Shown piece by piece: positions 37,894-48,461 of a stretch of DNA of 64,000 nucleotides (positions within the stretch are counted from its first letter, which is position 1; each line of letters starts with the position of its first letter). The notes below the pieces were generated by a model. It searched no databases. It was not told the DNA's origin and worked only from the letters and a program-made list of their open reading frames with translations. This stretch comes from Clostridia bacterium. Its GTDB lineage: Bacteria; Bacillota; Clostridia; HGM11327. Made by a program: the position numbers and the translations under genes. The stretch lies in assembly GCA_045627045.1 (NCBI GenBank), contig JAZQMY010000024.1:18408-82407 (forward strand), given 5' to 3'.

Positions 37894-38829
37894 TTATCCA
37901 ATATTTAGCCCATATGTTCTGTCTGTGCCAAGTACGATATTAAGGCACTCGACTGCCGCGCCCGAAGCGCCTTTGCCGAGATTATCGTATCTTGCCGTCA
38001 GAAGAATTCTGTCTTCGTTTCCGTAAACCGATATTTCCATATCGTCTCTGCCGGAAAGTTTTCCTGCTGAAAGGAAGCCTTCCTCGGCGCCGTTCTCAAT
38101 ATACTTTACTATTGAGCCGGTATATTTTTTTCTGTATGCTTCTTTGATATCCTCAACGGTTTTTCCGTCTGCAAGCTGTGATCTGAAGAGAGGAACAGTC
38201 ACTTCCATGCCGCTGTAAAAATCAGCCACTATCGGGCAGAAGCACGGTGCATTTGCAATGCCTGTGATTTCCTTCATCTCTTTAAGATGCTTATGCTGCT
38301 GCGTAATGCCGTACTGACGCGGTGCCGAAAGAAGAATATCTCTTCCCTCGTCCTCATACTGGGCAATCATCTTCTTGCCACCGCCACTGTAGCCTGTAAG
38401 CGAATGGCAGGTGAGAAGCGCATCCTTCGGAAGAATTGAGCTTTCAATAAGCGGGAACACAAGAGAAATAAATCCGCTTGCGTGACATCCCGGAACGGCA
38501 ATTCTCTTTGATGAAGCGATTTTCTCCCCAAAAGCCTGTGAAAGCTCCGGAAAACCGTATGCCCAAAGAGGATTTGTTCTGTGTGCCGTTGAAGTATCAA
38601 GAAGAACAGTATTTTCATTCTCGATAAGTGATACCGCTTCAATGCTTGCCTGATCCGGCAGACAAAGGAAAGCAACATCGGCTTCATTCAGCGCCTTTTT
38701 CCTTGCCGCAGGGTCCTTTCTCTCCTCTTCGGAAAGAGTAATGACCTCTATATCGTTTCGTGCTTCTATTCTTTCGTATATTCTCAAGCCCGTTGTGCCG
38801 GCTTTTCCGTCAATGAATATCTTTTTCAT
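37894..38829 (-). CDS. argC: N-acetyl-gamma-glutamyl-phosphate reductase
   Basis: 311 aa. Active-site region VPGCHASGF. Confidence 0.9.
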   Translation of the reverse strand: MKKIFIDGKAGTTGLRIYERIEARNDIEVITLSEEERKDPAARKKALNEADVAFLCLPDQASIEAVSLIENENTVLLDTSTAHRTNPLWAYGFPELSQAFGEKIASSKRIAVPGCHASGFISLVFPLIESSILPKDALLTCHSLTGYSGGGKKMIAQYEDEGRDILLSAPRQYGITQQHKHLKEMKEITGIANAPCFCPIVADFYSGMEVTVPLFRSQLADGKTVEDIKEAYRKKYTGSIVKYIENGAEEGFLSAGKLSGRDDMEISVYGNEDRILLTARYDNLGKGASGAAVECLNIVLGTDRTYGLNIG

Positions 38830-40202
38830 TTTTCAAGAAACTCCTCAACATACTTTATCTGAGCCTTTACCGATTCGTATCCGGTTGAACCCTCGGAAAT
38901 TCTCTTTGCAACGCAGGTTTCAAGGCTGATTGCTTCATAGAGATCCTCTTCAAAAAGCTCTGAATACTTCTTGTATTCGCTCAATTCAAAATTATCGAGT
39001 ACCTTACCCGTTTCAATGCACTTTGCTACTATCGAGCCCGTAAGCTTATAGGACGTTCTGAAAGGAAGCCCCTTCTTTGTGAGATAGTCGGCAAGATCTG
39101 TTGCATTGATAAAGCCCTTCTGGGCTGCAGCATACATATTTTCAGGCTTTGTGTGCATCGTTTCTATCATGGGAGCGAATACCCTAAGGCACTTCTTCAC
39201 GGTGTCAATGGCATCGAATATGGATTCCTTATCTTCCTGCATATCCTTGTTGTATGCAAGGGGAAGGCCTTTCAGCACTGTAAGCATTCCCATAAGGTCA
39301 CCGTAAACACGGCCCGTCTTGCCCCTGATGAGCTCTGCCATATCGGAGTTCTTCTTCTGAGGCATAATTGATGAGCCTGTTGTATATGCATCATCAAGCT
39401 CAACAAATTTGAATTCCCAGCTTGACCAGAGAATAATTTCCTCGGAAAAACGTGAGAGATGCATCATGATGAGTGAGAAAGCCGACAAAAGCTCCACTGC
39501 AAAATCCCTGTCGGATACGCCGTCAAGGGAATTCATTGTAATGCCGTCAAATCCGAGTGCGCTTGCCGTCATTCTGCGGTTTATGGGATATGTTGTACCT
39601 GCAAGAGCGCATGAGCCGAGAGGTGAATAATTCATTCTCCTGACCGCGTCCTCAAGTCTGCCGATATCTCTTATGAACATCATTTCATATGCAAGAAGAT
39701 GCTGTGCGAATGTTATCGGCTGTGCTCTCTGAAGATGTGTGTATCCCGGCATGATCGTCTTTTCATTAGCCTTTATCTGTGAAAGCACGGACTTGATTGC
39801 TTCCTTGAGGAGCTTGATTATCTCGTTTGCTTCGTCCCTTAAATACATTCTCACATCAAGTGCGACCTGATCGTTACGGCTTCTCGATGTATGGAGTTTT
39901 TTGCCCGTATCGCCTATCCTCTTTGTAAGCTCGGCTTCAACGAACATATGTATGTCCTCTGCCTCCATATCTATCTGAAGCTCTCCCGATTCAATATCGT
40001 TCAGAATCGAGCCAAGTGCATCTATTATCTCTTCGCTGTCATTTTTCCCGATAATACCGCAAGCAGCAAGCATTGCTGCGTGCTGCATTGAACCGGTTAT
40101 ATCTTGTCTGAACATTCTGGAATCGAAGTGAATGGATGAATTGAAGTCGTCAGCCTCTTTGTCAAGAGCGCCTGCCGTCCTTCCTGCCCACATTTTTTCC
40201 AT
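38826..40202 (-). CDS. argH: argininosuccinate lyase
   Basis: 458 aa. Fumarate-lyase signature GSSIMPQKKN. It overlaps argC by 4 nt. Confidence 0.9.
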   Translation of the reverse strand: MEKMWAGRTAGALDKEADDFNSSIHFDSRMFRQDITGSMQHAAMLAACGIIGKNDSEEIIDALGSILNDIESGELQIDMEAEDIHMFVEAELTKRIGDTGKKLHTSRSRNDQVALDVRMYLRDEANEIIKLLKEAIKSVLSQIKANEKTIMPGYTHLQRAQPITFAQHLLAYEMMFIRDIGRLEDAVRRMNYSPLGSCALAGTTYPINRRMTASALGFDGITMNSLDGVSDRDFAVELLSAFSLIMMHLSRFSEEIILWSSWEFKFVELDDAYTTGSSIMPQKKNSDMAELIRGKTGRVYGDLMGMLTVLKGLPLAYNKDMQEDKESIFDAIDTVKKCLRVFAPMIETMHTKPENMYAAAQKGFINATDLADYLTKKGLPFRTSYKLTGSIVAKCIETGKVLDNFELSEYKKYSELFEEDLYEAISLETCVAKRISEGSTGYESVKAQIKYVEEFLEK

Positions 40203-40226
40203 AAGATTCGTATTTCCTTTTTGTTA

Positions 40227-41453
40227 TTACTTGTTGTTCTTCTTGTTTACCTGAGCCTGAACCTTGATCGGGAGACCGAAAAGATTGATGAAGCCCTGTG
40301 AATCCTTCTGATCGTAAACGTGGTCCTCTCCGAATGTAGCAATCTCTTCTGAATAGAGTGAGTAGTCACTCCAAGCGCCTGCCTTGATCATGTTGCCCTT
40401 GTAAAGCTTGATCTTTACCTTACCTGTAACGTGCTCCTGTGTCTTGTCAACGAAAGCTGAAAGAGCTTCACGCAAAGGAGTATACCACTGACCGTTATAA
40501 ACGAGCTCTGCAAATGTGATTGAAAGCTCCTGCTTCTTGTGTGCTGTCATCTTGTCGAGACAGAGTGTTTCGAGGTAGTTATGAGCGAAGTAAAGGATTG
40601 CACCGCCTGGAGTCTCATAAACGCCACGGCACTTCATACCAACGAGTCTGTTCTCAACTATATCGAGAAGACCGATACCGTTCTCACCGCCGACCTTGTT
40701 GAGTGCGAGGATGATGTCCTTTGCGCTCATCTTTTCGCCGTTGAAAGCAACAGGTGTGCCCTTTTCGAAATCGAGTGTGATGTATGTAGGAACATCGGGA
40801 GCATCGATAGGTGAAACGCCGAGCTCGAGGAAGCCCTTCTTCTCATACTGAGGCTCATTGCCTGCATCCTCAAGATCAAGTCCTTCGTGTGAAAGGTGCC
40901 AGAGGTTCTTGTCCTTTGAATAGTTTGTTTCTCTGTTTATCTTGAGCGGGATGTTGTGTGCTTCTGCATAGTCGATCTCTTCTTCACGTGACTTGATCGA
41001 CCATTCACGCCAGGGAGCGATGATCTTCATTTCCGGTGCGAATGCCTTGATTGCAAGCTCGAAACGAACCTGGTCATTACCCTTACCTGTGCAGCCGTGG
41101 CAGATGGCATCAGCACCTTCAGCCTTAGCGATTTCAACGATTCTCTTTGCAATTACAGGACGTGCAAAGGATGTACCGAGCATATATTCTTCATAAAGAG
41201 CTCCTGCCTTAACAGTAGGAACAATGTAATCATTAACGAATTCGTCTGTGAGGTCTTCGATGTAAAGCTTTGATGCGCCTGTCTTGAGAGCCTTTTCTTC
41301 AAGACCTTCGAGCTCATCTGCCTGACCTACGTTGCCTGAAACTGCGATTACTTCGCAGTTATTATAATTTTCCTTGAGCCACGGAATTATTATTGATGTG
41401 TCAAGTCCGCCTGAGTAAGCGAGAACTACTTTTTTGATTTCTTTCTTATCCAT
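40227..41453 (-). CDS. argG: argininosuccinate synthase
   Basis: 408 aa. PP-loop AYSGGLDTS. Confidence 0.9.
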   Translation of the reverse strand: MDKKEIKKVVLAYSGGLDTSIIIPWLKENYNNCEVIAVSGNVGQADELEGLEEKALKTGASKLYIEDLTDEFVNDYIVPTVKAGALYEEYMLGTSFARPVIAKRIVEIAKAEGADAICHGCTGKGNDQVRFELAIKAFAPEMKIIAPWREWSIKSREEEIDYAEAHNIPLKINRETNYSKDKNLWHLSHEGLDLEDAGNEPQYEKKGFLELGVSPIDAPDVPTYITLDFEKGTPVAFNGEKMSAKDIILALNKVGGENGIGLLDIVENRLVGMKCRGVYETPGGAILYFAHNYLETLCLDKMTAHKKQELSITFAELVYNGQWYTPLREALSAFVDKTQEHVTGKVKIKLYKGNMIKAGAWSDYSLYSEEIATFGEDHVYDQKDSQGFINLFGLPIKVQAQVNKKNNK

Positions 41454-41500
41454 TTTTGTTTCCTCCGAAGTGGTTGTTATTTATGTTTTATATGTGCATA

Positions 41501-41529
41501 ATTATACACTAAAATTCTGTTTTTGTCAA
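41501..41529 (-). promoter_or_regulatory. sigma-A promoter of the arg operon (TTGACA, 17-nt spacer, TATAAT), overlapped by an ARG-box-like palindrome
   Basis: On the minus strand: TTGACAaaaacagaattttagtgTATAAT, then tatgcacatataaaacataaataacaaccacttcGGAGGaaacaaaaATG. The sequence TGTGCATAATTATACACT around the -10 resembles the ArgR box. Confidence 0.6.
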
Positions 41530-41604
41530 TACCCGTATTTAAATATTTTTTATTTTATTTTATCCTTTTATTCGATTAATAAAGTTTGACAGCCATATTT
41601 TTTA

Positions 41605-41660
41605 GCAAAAAAGCTCCGGACAATACTTGTTTTTATCAGTCTTGTATATTTGTCCGGAGC
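41605..41660 (-). terminator. rho-independent terminator of the upstream MFS gene
   Basis: On the minus strand the stem GCTCCGGACAA/TTGTCCGGAGC is followed by TTTTTTGCT. Confidence 0.65.
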
Positions 41661-41715
41661 GATATGCCTTTTTGCTTATGAATAATTATTTAAATTATTT
41701 CGTTTTCAGATCGTT

Positions 41716-43011
41716 TTATGCATTTATCGGTTTGAGCTTTCTCACGCAGAATCTGTTGAATAAAATTGCCGATAATCCAAGCGCAAGAGAGATTATCGCA
41801 AGCACCTGCTGACCGTAAAGCAGTCTTCCGAAGAGCATTACTCCTCCGTTTGCCTGAATCGCTTCGAGAAGCTTTCCAGAAATGACCGATGCGGCGAATG
41901 CCACAATTCCGCTTATTGCATTCTTGATGGCAAATGCCTCCGTAATATACTTCCCGTCTACGTACGAATAAGTGATATTCAGCATATTGGCATTTGTTCC
42001 TGCATGGCTGATATTATAAATCAGCGAATAAGGAATAATGAGCCACCATGTTTCCGGGCAGGTGAAAACCAACACCAAAAAGCTTGCCACGGCTATCCAC
42101 TGACCGAGCTGAACGCCCTTTGAGTAGGAAGTTCTGTCGGTGTATTTTCCTATCGGGATCGATACAGCAAATCTTGCGAGATGGCTGGCAATATTCACTA
42201 TCTGAACAAGCAGCATGCTCATTGCGAGCTCACGGAGTTTGTACGTTGCCAGAAAGCCAACGATCGCATATTGCTGAGCCTTTATTATGCAGGCAAGCAC
42301 AACGATCGCCGCATAGCTTTTGTTTCCGAGGGTGTTCTTCATTACCTCTCTGAAGGGTATCTTCGGTTTCTCTGTCTTCTGCTCCGTTTTTTCGTTCTTT
42401 ATCAGGAGAAGCATCACCAGGTCGAGCGCACTGTAAATGAAAATCGACACTGCGCAGAAAATAAAAGCGCCTTTCTCGTTATTGATGTCAATATAGTGGT
42501 TTACCACCGCACCTGCCGCAAGCTGAATCACAACGCCGGAAATAAGCGATATCATCTCTTTTTTGCCGGAGAACGTTGCGAGCTTCTTCGGCTCAACAAA
42601 CGAGTTTCCCCATCGGTATATAGTCGACGTTACCATATAGTTGCCGAAATATGCCACAAGCAGAAGCGCGGACACAATAAACTTGTTAAGTTCCTTCGGG
42701 AACGCAAGAAATGGTATCAGGAATATGAGTATGAAGCAGAGCTGACCTGCAGAATGGAACAGCACCGCAAATTTCTTCGTGTTCGTTACCTTCCTTACGA
42801 TCGGCACCGCACACAGCTGGAACAGAAACGCAAGTGATACGAATGATGAAATTATTCCGGTTTCCGAATCTGTCATTCCTATTGAAGTCAGAAGCTCCGC
42901 AAGGAATGCATCGGATACCATCAATGCGACAAAATATTCAAATGCACATTCAAAAATATACGCTTTTCTTGAACGCTTGTAATCTTTACCGTCAAACCTG
43001 TTTTGTTCCAC
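41716..43011 (-). CDS. MFS transporter
   Basis: 431 aa with about 12 TM helices. Assigned on MFS-like topology only. Confidence 0.65.
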   Translation of the reverse strand: MEQNRFDGKDYKRSRKAYIFECAFEYFVALMVSDAFLAELLTSIGMTDSETGIISSFVSLAFLFQLCAVPIVRKVTNTKKFAVLFHSAGQLCFILIFLIPFLAFPKELNKFIVSALLLVAYFGNYMVTSTIYRWGNSFVEPKKLATFSGKKEMISLISGVVIQLAAGAVVNHYIDINNEKGAFIFCAVSIFIYSALDLVMLLLIKNEKTEQKTEKPKIPFREVMKNTLGNKSYAAIVVLACIIKAQQYAIVGFLATYKLRELAMSMLLVQIVNIASHLARFAVSIPIGKYTDRTSYSKGVQLGQWIAVASFLVLVFTCPETWWLIIPYSLIYNISHAGTNANMLNITYSYVDGKYITEAFAIKNAISGIVAFAASVISGKLLEAIQANGGVMLFGRLLYGQQVLAIISLALGLSAILFNRFCVRKLKPINA

Positions 43012-43013
43012 TT

Positions 43014-45068
43014 TTATTTAACCTCTCTGAAATAAAGACCTTTTGTATGTGCGAATGAAGGTTCTTCTCCTCTGACGAAAAGCGATATTATATCATTTAC
43101 CGTCTTTTTGTCCTCCGATGTGAAGTACAGTGTCCTGAAATCCACATTTCCGGATTTCCTATCTCCCACATAAAGCGGCACGGAATTCATAAGCTCCGTG
43201 TATTTTCTGTTTCTGCACATAAGCATGAATTTCACGTTTGCTCTGTCCGTCAGATATTCTCTTCCGTTGCATCCGTCGCAGCCCTTTTCCGTCTTTGACG
43301 GGCACATTCTCAGCTTCATCAACGGCAGATATCCGTAAGCAATAATGCCTGTCGGAACATTTGCCGAAAGCTTTGATATTCTTGCCATTGCCGTTTCAAA
43401 TGAAACAGTAATATCCGATACTCCGAGCTTTTCATATTCTCCCGCAGAAATGGAATTTGTTATATTCAGGTTCATATCTCCCGAAATATCGAATCCGAAG
43501 CTCCTTGCAAGCTTCAGTGTGCCTATGCTTCCGCAAATAACGTTTTTCACGCCCGATGCCTTCAGCTCTTCCAGCTTTTTTGCGGTTTTTGCAATATCAT
43601 CCTCCCATATCAACGGAGGAATTTCAGCAGCAAGTCTGTCCTTGAGCTTTTCAGTCAGATTCTTATTCCTGATTATCTCATCAAGCGGAAGAATTATCCT
43701 TTCAAATCTGTCCTCACAGCACATCTGTGACACATTTTCAAATCTTGCCCTCAATGCGCTCTTTGTTCTTTCGGGTGCATCCGGTATTGAATAGCTTTTT
43801 TCGGTAAAACTCCACGGTTCAGTTCTGCCTCTTTCTTCAAGAAGCTTTTCAAGTGCCTCACGCCTCATATCATTGAGCTTTGATGCTGGCAGAGTAACGT
43901 TTCCCGATACCACCGCTCTCAATGAGTCAAGCACAAACGGAGTACCGCCCGTCTTTGAAACAGAACGTCTGATATATTCCTCGCTTGCCCTGAGCTTTTC
44001 CGCAGGTTCAGGCTGACCGCCCGTCACGGTGACATAATTCGTACCGTCGGTAACCGTGAGCACGGAGGGCTCATTTTCCTTCAGCACTGCTTCGGCATCA
44101 AAAGGAACGCTCTGTCGCTCGTTTCTGTAAAGTCCCGTCAGACCGGAAAGGCTTTCCGCAGATGCTTCAACGTCGGACTTTGTTCTTATTCCGTACATTG
44201 AAACCATTCTTTTGCCGGTAAAATAGCCATCAGTGAATCCGCTTCTTGAGAATACCTTTTTCAGTGTCAGTATGTCAGGCTTGCCGCCTTCGAGCGAAAC
44301 ACGGAGTGCCGTAACTGCCGCCGCAACGTATTCCGGGCGTTTCATTCTTCCTTCTATCTTGAACGACCTCACGCCTGCCTTTGCAAGCTCATCGGCATTC
44401 TCGATATAGGACATATCCTTGAGCGATATTGCATACTCTCTGCCGGCGCGGTTGACAAAATTCAGTCTGCACGGCTGAGCACAAAGTCCTCTGTTTCCGC
44501 TTCTGCCTCCGAGCATTGATGAAAGATAGCACATTCCAGAAACAGACGTACAGAGTGCGCCGTGAATAAATGTTTCCGTCTCGATTTCAGCCGAAGACGT
44601 GATGCTCCTTATTTCATCAATCGTAAGCTCTCTTGCAAGAACCGCTCTTGAGAATCCAAGCTCCTGCACCGCTTTCACGCCTTCTGAATTATGAACGGCC
44701 ATCTGCGTGGATGCGTGCATCGGAAGATCAGGGCAACAATCCTTTATTATTCTTGCAACAGCCAAATCCTGCACGATTACTGCATCCGCTCCGCTTTCTG
44801 CAACGGATTTTACGGTGCTTATCAGCTCCTTTATCTCATTGTCAAATATCAGGGTATTGAGTGTTACGTGTACCTTGACATTTCTCTTATGGCAATAGGA
44901 TACAGCGTTCTTCAGATCCTCATCTGTAAAGTTTTCAGCATTCTGCCTTGCATTGAAGCCCTTTGCGCCCATATATACGGCATTGGCTCCTGCTCTCACT
45001 GCGGCAACAAGCTGTTCCTTGCCTCCTACCGGAGCAAGTATTTCAGGTAATTCATCCGTCGTTCTCAT
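43014..45068 (-). CDS. peptidase U32 family protein (collagenase-like / RNA-modification-associated U32)
   Basis: U32 motifs (AGANAVYMG, Cys-rich segment GALC..SG.C, second U32 core). The start is MRTTDELPEILAPVGG; the longer track start is rejected. Confidence 0.8.
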   Translation of the reverse strand: MRTTDELPEILAPVGGKEQLVAAVRAGANAVYMGAKGFNARQNAENFTDEDLKNAVSYCHKRNVKVHVTLNTLIFDNEIKELISTVKSVAESGADAVIVQDLAVARIIKDCCPDLPMHASTQMAVHNSEGVKAVQELGFSRAVLARELTIDEIRSITSSAEIETETFIHGALCTSVSGMCYLSSMLGGRSGNRGLCAQPCRLNFVNRAGREYAISLKDMSYIENADELAKAGVRSFKIEGRMKRPEYVAAAVTALRVSLEGGKPDILTLKKVFSRSGFTDGYFTGKRMVSMYGIRTKSDVEASAESLSGLTGLYRNERQSVPFDAEAVLKENEPSVLTVTDGTNYVTVTGGQPEPAEKLRASEEYIRRSVSKTGGTPFVLDSLRAVVSGNVTLPASKLNDMRREALEKLLEERGRTEPWSFTEKSYSIPDAPERTKSALRARFENVSQMCCEDRFERIILPLDEIIRNKNLTEKLKDRLAAEIPPLIWEDDIAKTAKKLEELKASGVKNVICGSIGTLKLARSFGFDISGDMNLNITNSISAGEYEKLGVSDITVSFETAMARISKLSANVPTGIIAYGYLPLMKLRMCPSKTEKGCDGCNGREYLTDRANVKFMLMCRNRKYTELMNSVPLYVGDRKSGNVDFRTLYFTSEDKKTVNDIISLFVRGEEPSFAHTKGLYFREVK

Positions 45069-45715
45069 ATTATGCCTCTCAGATACAGTATGGAAAGAAC
45101 ACAAGCGGCGATCACCAGCAACGCAATTCCCGCCACAACCCACTTGCTTTTCTTGCTTTCAGTTGTTCCGTTGGAAGGCTCAAGTATCTTTGCACGTCTC
45201 ATGGCATTTACAATAGGCTTGTAAATAAGAAGTGTGATCGCACAGTTAAGTGCGCTCTTAATAAGGTTGAACGGCAGGAAAGCAGGAACAAGAAGCTTTG
45301 CTACCTCTTCCCTCGGGTAATTCATATATACAGGTGTCACAATGTAGTTCCAGAGAAGCATGGCACCCGTCATAAGCAAGCCGCCGCAGACAAGTCCCAG
45401 AAGAGCACCTGCCATATCTCTCTTCTTTCTGTAAATCACAGATGCCGTTACTGCAAAAATACTGCTTGATAGTACGTTCATGAAGAAGCCTATTATTCCC
45501 GTATCACTTACAGTGAGCATTTCTATCAGCGAAGACAGCACTGCTATCACGAGCGCCGAAACAGGCCCGTATATGAAGCCTCCCAGAACTATAAGTGCAT
45601 CCTTCGGATCAAACTTCAGGAACAACACCACAGGTATTCTGCCGATAGCCGCCGCCGAAAAAGAAAGTGCGGTAAGCATAGCAAGAACAGTTAATTTTTT
45701 TACTTTTTTATCCAT
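45065..45715 (-). CDS. ribU: ECF-transporter substrate-specific S component, riboflavin-type (RibU-like)
   Basis: 216 aa with 5-6 TM helices. An FMN riboswitch lies immediately upstream. Confidence 0.7.
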   Translation of the reverse strand: MDKKVKKLTVLAMLTALSFSAAAIGRIPVVLFLKFDPKDALIVLGGFIYGPVSALVIAVLSSLIEMLTVSDTGIIGFFMNVLSSSIFAVTASVIYRKKRDMAGALLGLVCGGLLMTGAMLLWNYIVTPVYMNYPREEVAKLLVPAFLPFNLIKSALNCAITLLIYKPIVNAMRRAKILEPSNGTTESKKSKWVVAGIALLVIAACVLSILYLRGII

Positions 45716-45721
45716 TTTTTC

Positions 45722-45895
45722 ACCCTCAAAAATCAGGCACCCCGTAAATCTTCCGGGATGCCGTCATATCATGTTAAACGTCATCTTCTTCCATCCGGAC
45801 TATAACCGTCGGCTCCGGAATTTCACCGGATCATGCATTTGCTCGCGGGCTGTCACCGCCGATGGGGAATCTCACCCCACCCCGAAGATATATTG
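45722..45895 (-). ncRNA. FMN riboswitch (RFN element) with a terminator-type expression platform
   Basis: The minus-strand sequence is cttcGGGGTGgggtGAGATTCCCCatCGGCGGTgacAGCCCGCGAGC...gatCCGGTGAAATTCCGGAGCCGACGGTtatAGTCCGGATGGAAGAAGATG. This matches the conserved RFN cores. It is followed by the hairpin GGCATCCCG/CGGGGTGCC and TGATTTTT, then the gene start. Confidence 0.88.
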
Positions 45896-45983
45896 TTTTT
45901 TTATGTTTTTTGCAAAAATTGTGGAATTGATCATCCTTTACAGCATATTATTTGCCATTGATGGGATCAAATCCGTATTATCA

Positions 45984-47255
45984 TTATTCGATTACTGCAG
46001 TACCGATTCCGCGGATGCTGAGCTTTGTGACACAGCCTTCGCCGAATACGCTTTCCATTGCCTTCTTGTAGCCTTCGAACTCGTTTGCAGGGATAAATGC
46101 TTGGATTGTTCCGGCAAATCCGCCGCCGTGTACTCTTGCGGCAAATCTGAAGTTTCTGCAGTACTCTCTTGTAACAGCAAGTGCCATTGTTACGCCCTGC
46201 TCAAGAGGATTCTTCGGAGTCATGCAGTTCTGAAGATATTCCCATGAGCTGTTACCTGAATCATTCACGCACTCAAGGAAGCCATCGAAGTCGCCCTTTT
46301 TGATAAGCTCTATCTGCTTTGATACACGCTTATTATCATTTATGAAGTGGATGGCACGAAGCACTGCTCTGTCGCCGAGCTTTGCTCTGAGCTTGCCTGC
46401 ATTTGCAAGTATCTGCTCCATAGTGATGTCACGAAGCACCTCTTCGCCGAATTCTGCAGCAACTGCCTTCATTTCCTTCGGAACAGATGCATAATCGTCT
46501 GTAAGGTCTGCATGGTTACCGCCTGTATCAACTACCGCAAGACAGTATCCGAGCTTCTGAAGGTCGAGCTGAACCTGCTCAACAACAGGGTTCTTTGTAT
46601 CCCTGAAGTCTATTGAGATAACGCCGCCTACTGCGCAAGCCGTCTGATCCATCAGACCGCAAGGCTTGCCAAAGTATACGTTTTCAGCATACTGACCGAT
46701 CTTTGCAAGCTCAACAGGAGCAATTTCGTTATCCTTGTTATAAAGATGTGAAAATATCTTTCCGATGAGCACCTCAATGGAAGCAGATGAGCTCAAGCCG
46801 CTGCCTCTCTTTACCGTGCTTGAAATATATGCATTGAAGCCGCCGATCTTATATCCGAGCTCTAAAAGCTTTGCAGCAATGCCTCTTACGAGTGCTACCG
46901 TCGTTTCCTTCTCCTTTGGATTCGGCTCCGTATTTGCAATATTTACCTTGAACGGGCGCTGATAGCCTACGGAATAGATATTTACCATAGTATCATCTGT
47001 AGGTACTACAATTGCGGCTGAATCAAGATCAACACTGCCTGCAAGCACGCATCCGTGGTTGTGATCGGTATGATTTCCGCCTATTTCCGTTCTTCCCGGA
47101 GTTGAGAAAATATAAAACATCTCCGGTTCGCCGAACTTTTCAACGAAAAGTCTGTAAAGCTCCTGATATCTTGCCTTGGCGGCCTCGGTATCCGGATATA
47201 TTTCTGCAAAAGCCTGATTTTTTTCAAGCTGACAAAGATCGTCTCTTGTAAGCAT
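45984..47255 (-). CDS. galK: galactokinase
   Basis: 423 aa. GHMP kinase motifs (PGRTEIGGNHTDHNHG, GSGLSSSAS). Confidence 0.9.
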   Translation of the reverse strand: MLTRDDLCQLEKNQAFAEIYPDTEAAKARYQELYRLFVEKFGEPEMFYIFSTPGRTEIGGNHTDHNHGCVLAGSVDLDSAAIVVPTDDTMVNIYSVGYQRPFKVNIANTEPNPKEKETTVALVRGIAAKLLELGYKIGGFNAYISSTVKRGSGLSSSASIEVLIGKIFSHLYNKDNEIAPVELAKIGQYAENVYFGKPCGLMDQTACAVGGVISIDFRDTKNPVVEQVQLDLQKLGYCLAVVDTGGNHADLTDDYASVPKEMKAVAAEFGEEVLRDITMEQILANAGKLRAKLGDRAVLRAIHFINDNKRVSKQIELIKKGDFDGFLECVNDSGNSSWEYLQNCMTPKNPLEQGVTMALAVTREYCRNFRFAARVHGGGFAGTIQAFIPANEFEGYKKAMESVFGEGCVTKLSIRGIGTAVIE

Positions 47256-47284
47256 ATGATTTATTTCCTTTCAGTTTTATTCTG

Positions 47285-48298
47285 TCAGTCGTCGTAACCG
47301 TTCGGATTCATTTCCTGCCAACGTGCGGCATCCTCGCACATCTGATTTATATCCTTCTCTGCCTTCCAGCCGAGGATATTGAGTGCCTTTGTAGGATCTG
47401 CATAACATTCACCGATGTCGCCGGGTCTTCTCGGTGCGACCTTGTAATTTACCTTTTTGCCTGTTGCCTTCTCATATGCCTTGATTATCTCAAAAACAGA
47501 GTAGCCGTTACCTGTACCGATATTGAAGTAATCAATTCCGTTTGCATTTACGACCCAGTCAAGAGCCTTGAGATGTGCCTTTGCAAGGTCAACAACGTGA
47601 ATGTAATCTCTTACGCCTGTGCCGTCCTTTGTATCGTAGTCGTCGCCGAATACAGAAAGGCACTTGAGCTTTCCTGCGGCAACCTGTGATACATACGGAA
47701 GGAGATTGTTCGGGATGCCCTTAGGATCCTCGCCGATGAGTCCGCTCTTGTGTGCGCCGATAGGATTGAAGTAACGGAGTATCGATACGCCCCAGTCCTT
47801 ATCGGAAACAGTTACGTCCTTGAGAATTCTTTCGATTTCAAGCTTTGTCTCGCCGTAGGGGTTCGTTGTTGAAAGAGGGAATGTCTCTCTTATCGGAACC
47901 GATTCAGGCTTGCCGTATACTGTTGCGGAAGAGCTGAATACGATTTTCTTCACGTTATGCTCTGCCATCACTTCACAGAGTACGAGAGTACCTGTAATAT
48001 TGTTATGATAATATCTGAGAGGCTGTTCAACGGATTCACCTACTGCCTTCAGACCTGCAAAATGAATAACTGCATCTACTTCGTTCTCATCAAAAATCTT
48101 TGAAAGGGCTGCCTTATCGAGCAAATCAGCCTGATAGAACTTAAAGTCCTTGCCTGTGATTTTTCTGATTCTGTCAAGCACAACAGGCTTGCTGTTCACA
48201 AAATTATCAACAATTATTACTTCTCTGTTGTCATTGAGAAGCTCCACTACCGTGTGTGAGCCTATAAAACCCGCACCACCTGTTACCAATACCTTCAT
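47285..48298 (-). CDS. galE: UDP-glucose 4-epimerase
   Basis: 337 aa. GGAGFIGSH Rossmann motif. The catalytic Y appears in YGETK. Confidence 0.9.
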   Translation of the reverse strand: MKVLVTGGAGFIGSHTVVELLNDNREVIIVDNFVNSKPVVLDRIRKITGKDFKFYQADLLDKAALSKIFDENEVDAVIHFAGLKAVGESVEQPLRYYHNNITGTLVLCEVMAEHNVKKIVFSSSATVYGKPESVPIRETFPLSTTNPYGETKLEIERILKDVTVSDKDWGVSILRYFNPIGAHKSGLIGEDPKGIPNNLLPYVSQVAAGKLKCLSVFGDDYDTKDGTGVRDYIHVVDLAKAHLKALDWVVNANGIDYFNIGTGNGYSVFEIIKAYEKATGKKVNYKVAPRRPGDIGECYADPTKALNILGWKAEKDINQMCEDAARWQEMNPNGYDD

Positions 48299-48461
48299 TT
48301 TACACTATCCTCTTCTAAAAAAATATAAAAATTTTTCAATTTAGGTCTTTATTTTTTTTCAAAAATATATTATAATAAATAAAATGTTTTTTGACATTTT
48401 ATGCTATCGTATATTATATCATTTTATCAGTTTTTTTTCAACAGGTTAGGGGCATATTTTT

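Noticed and set aside
42181-42837. 218-aa plus-strand ORF, Arg- and Lys-rich
   Set aside because: It is antisense to the MFS transporter gene. AT-rich membrane-protein codons give long reverse-frame ORFs.
44691-45469. Plus-strand ORFs of 119 and 168 aa spanning the U32/ribU junction
   Set aside because: They are antisense to well-supported genes. The 4-nt overlap between the U32 and ribU genes on the minus strand explains the local layout.
45480-46247. 255-aa plus-strand ORF running through the FMN riboswitch and into galK
   Set aside because: It crosses a highly conserved structured RNA and the 3' end of galK. It cannot be coding.
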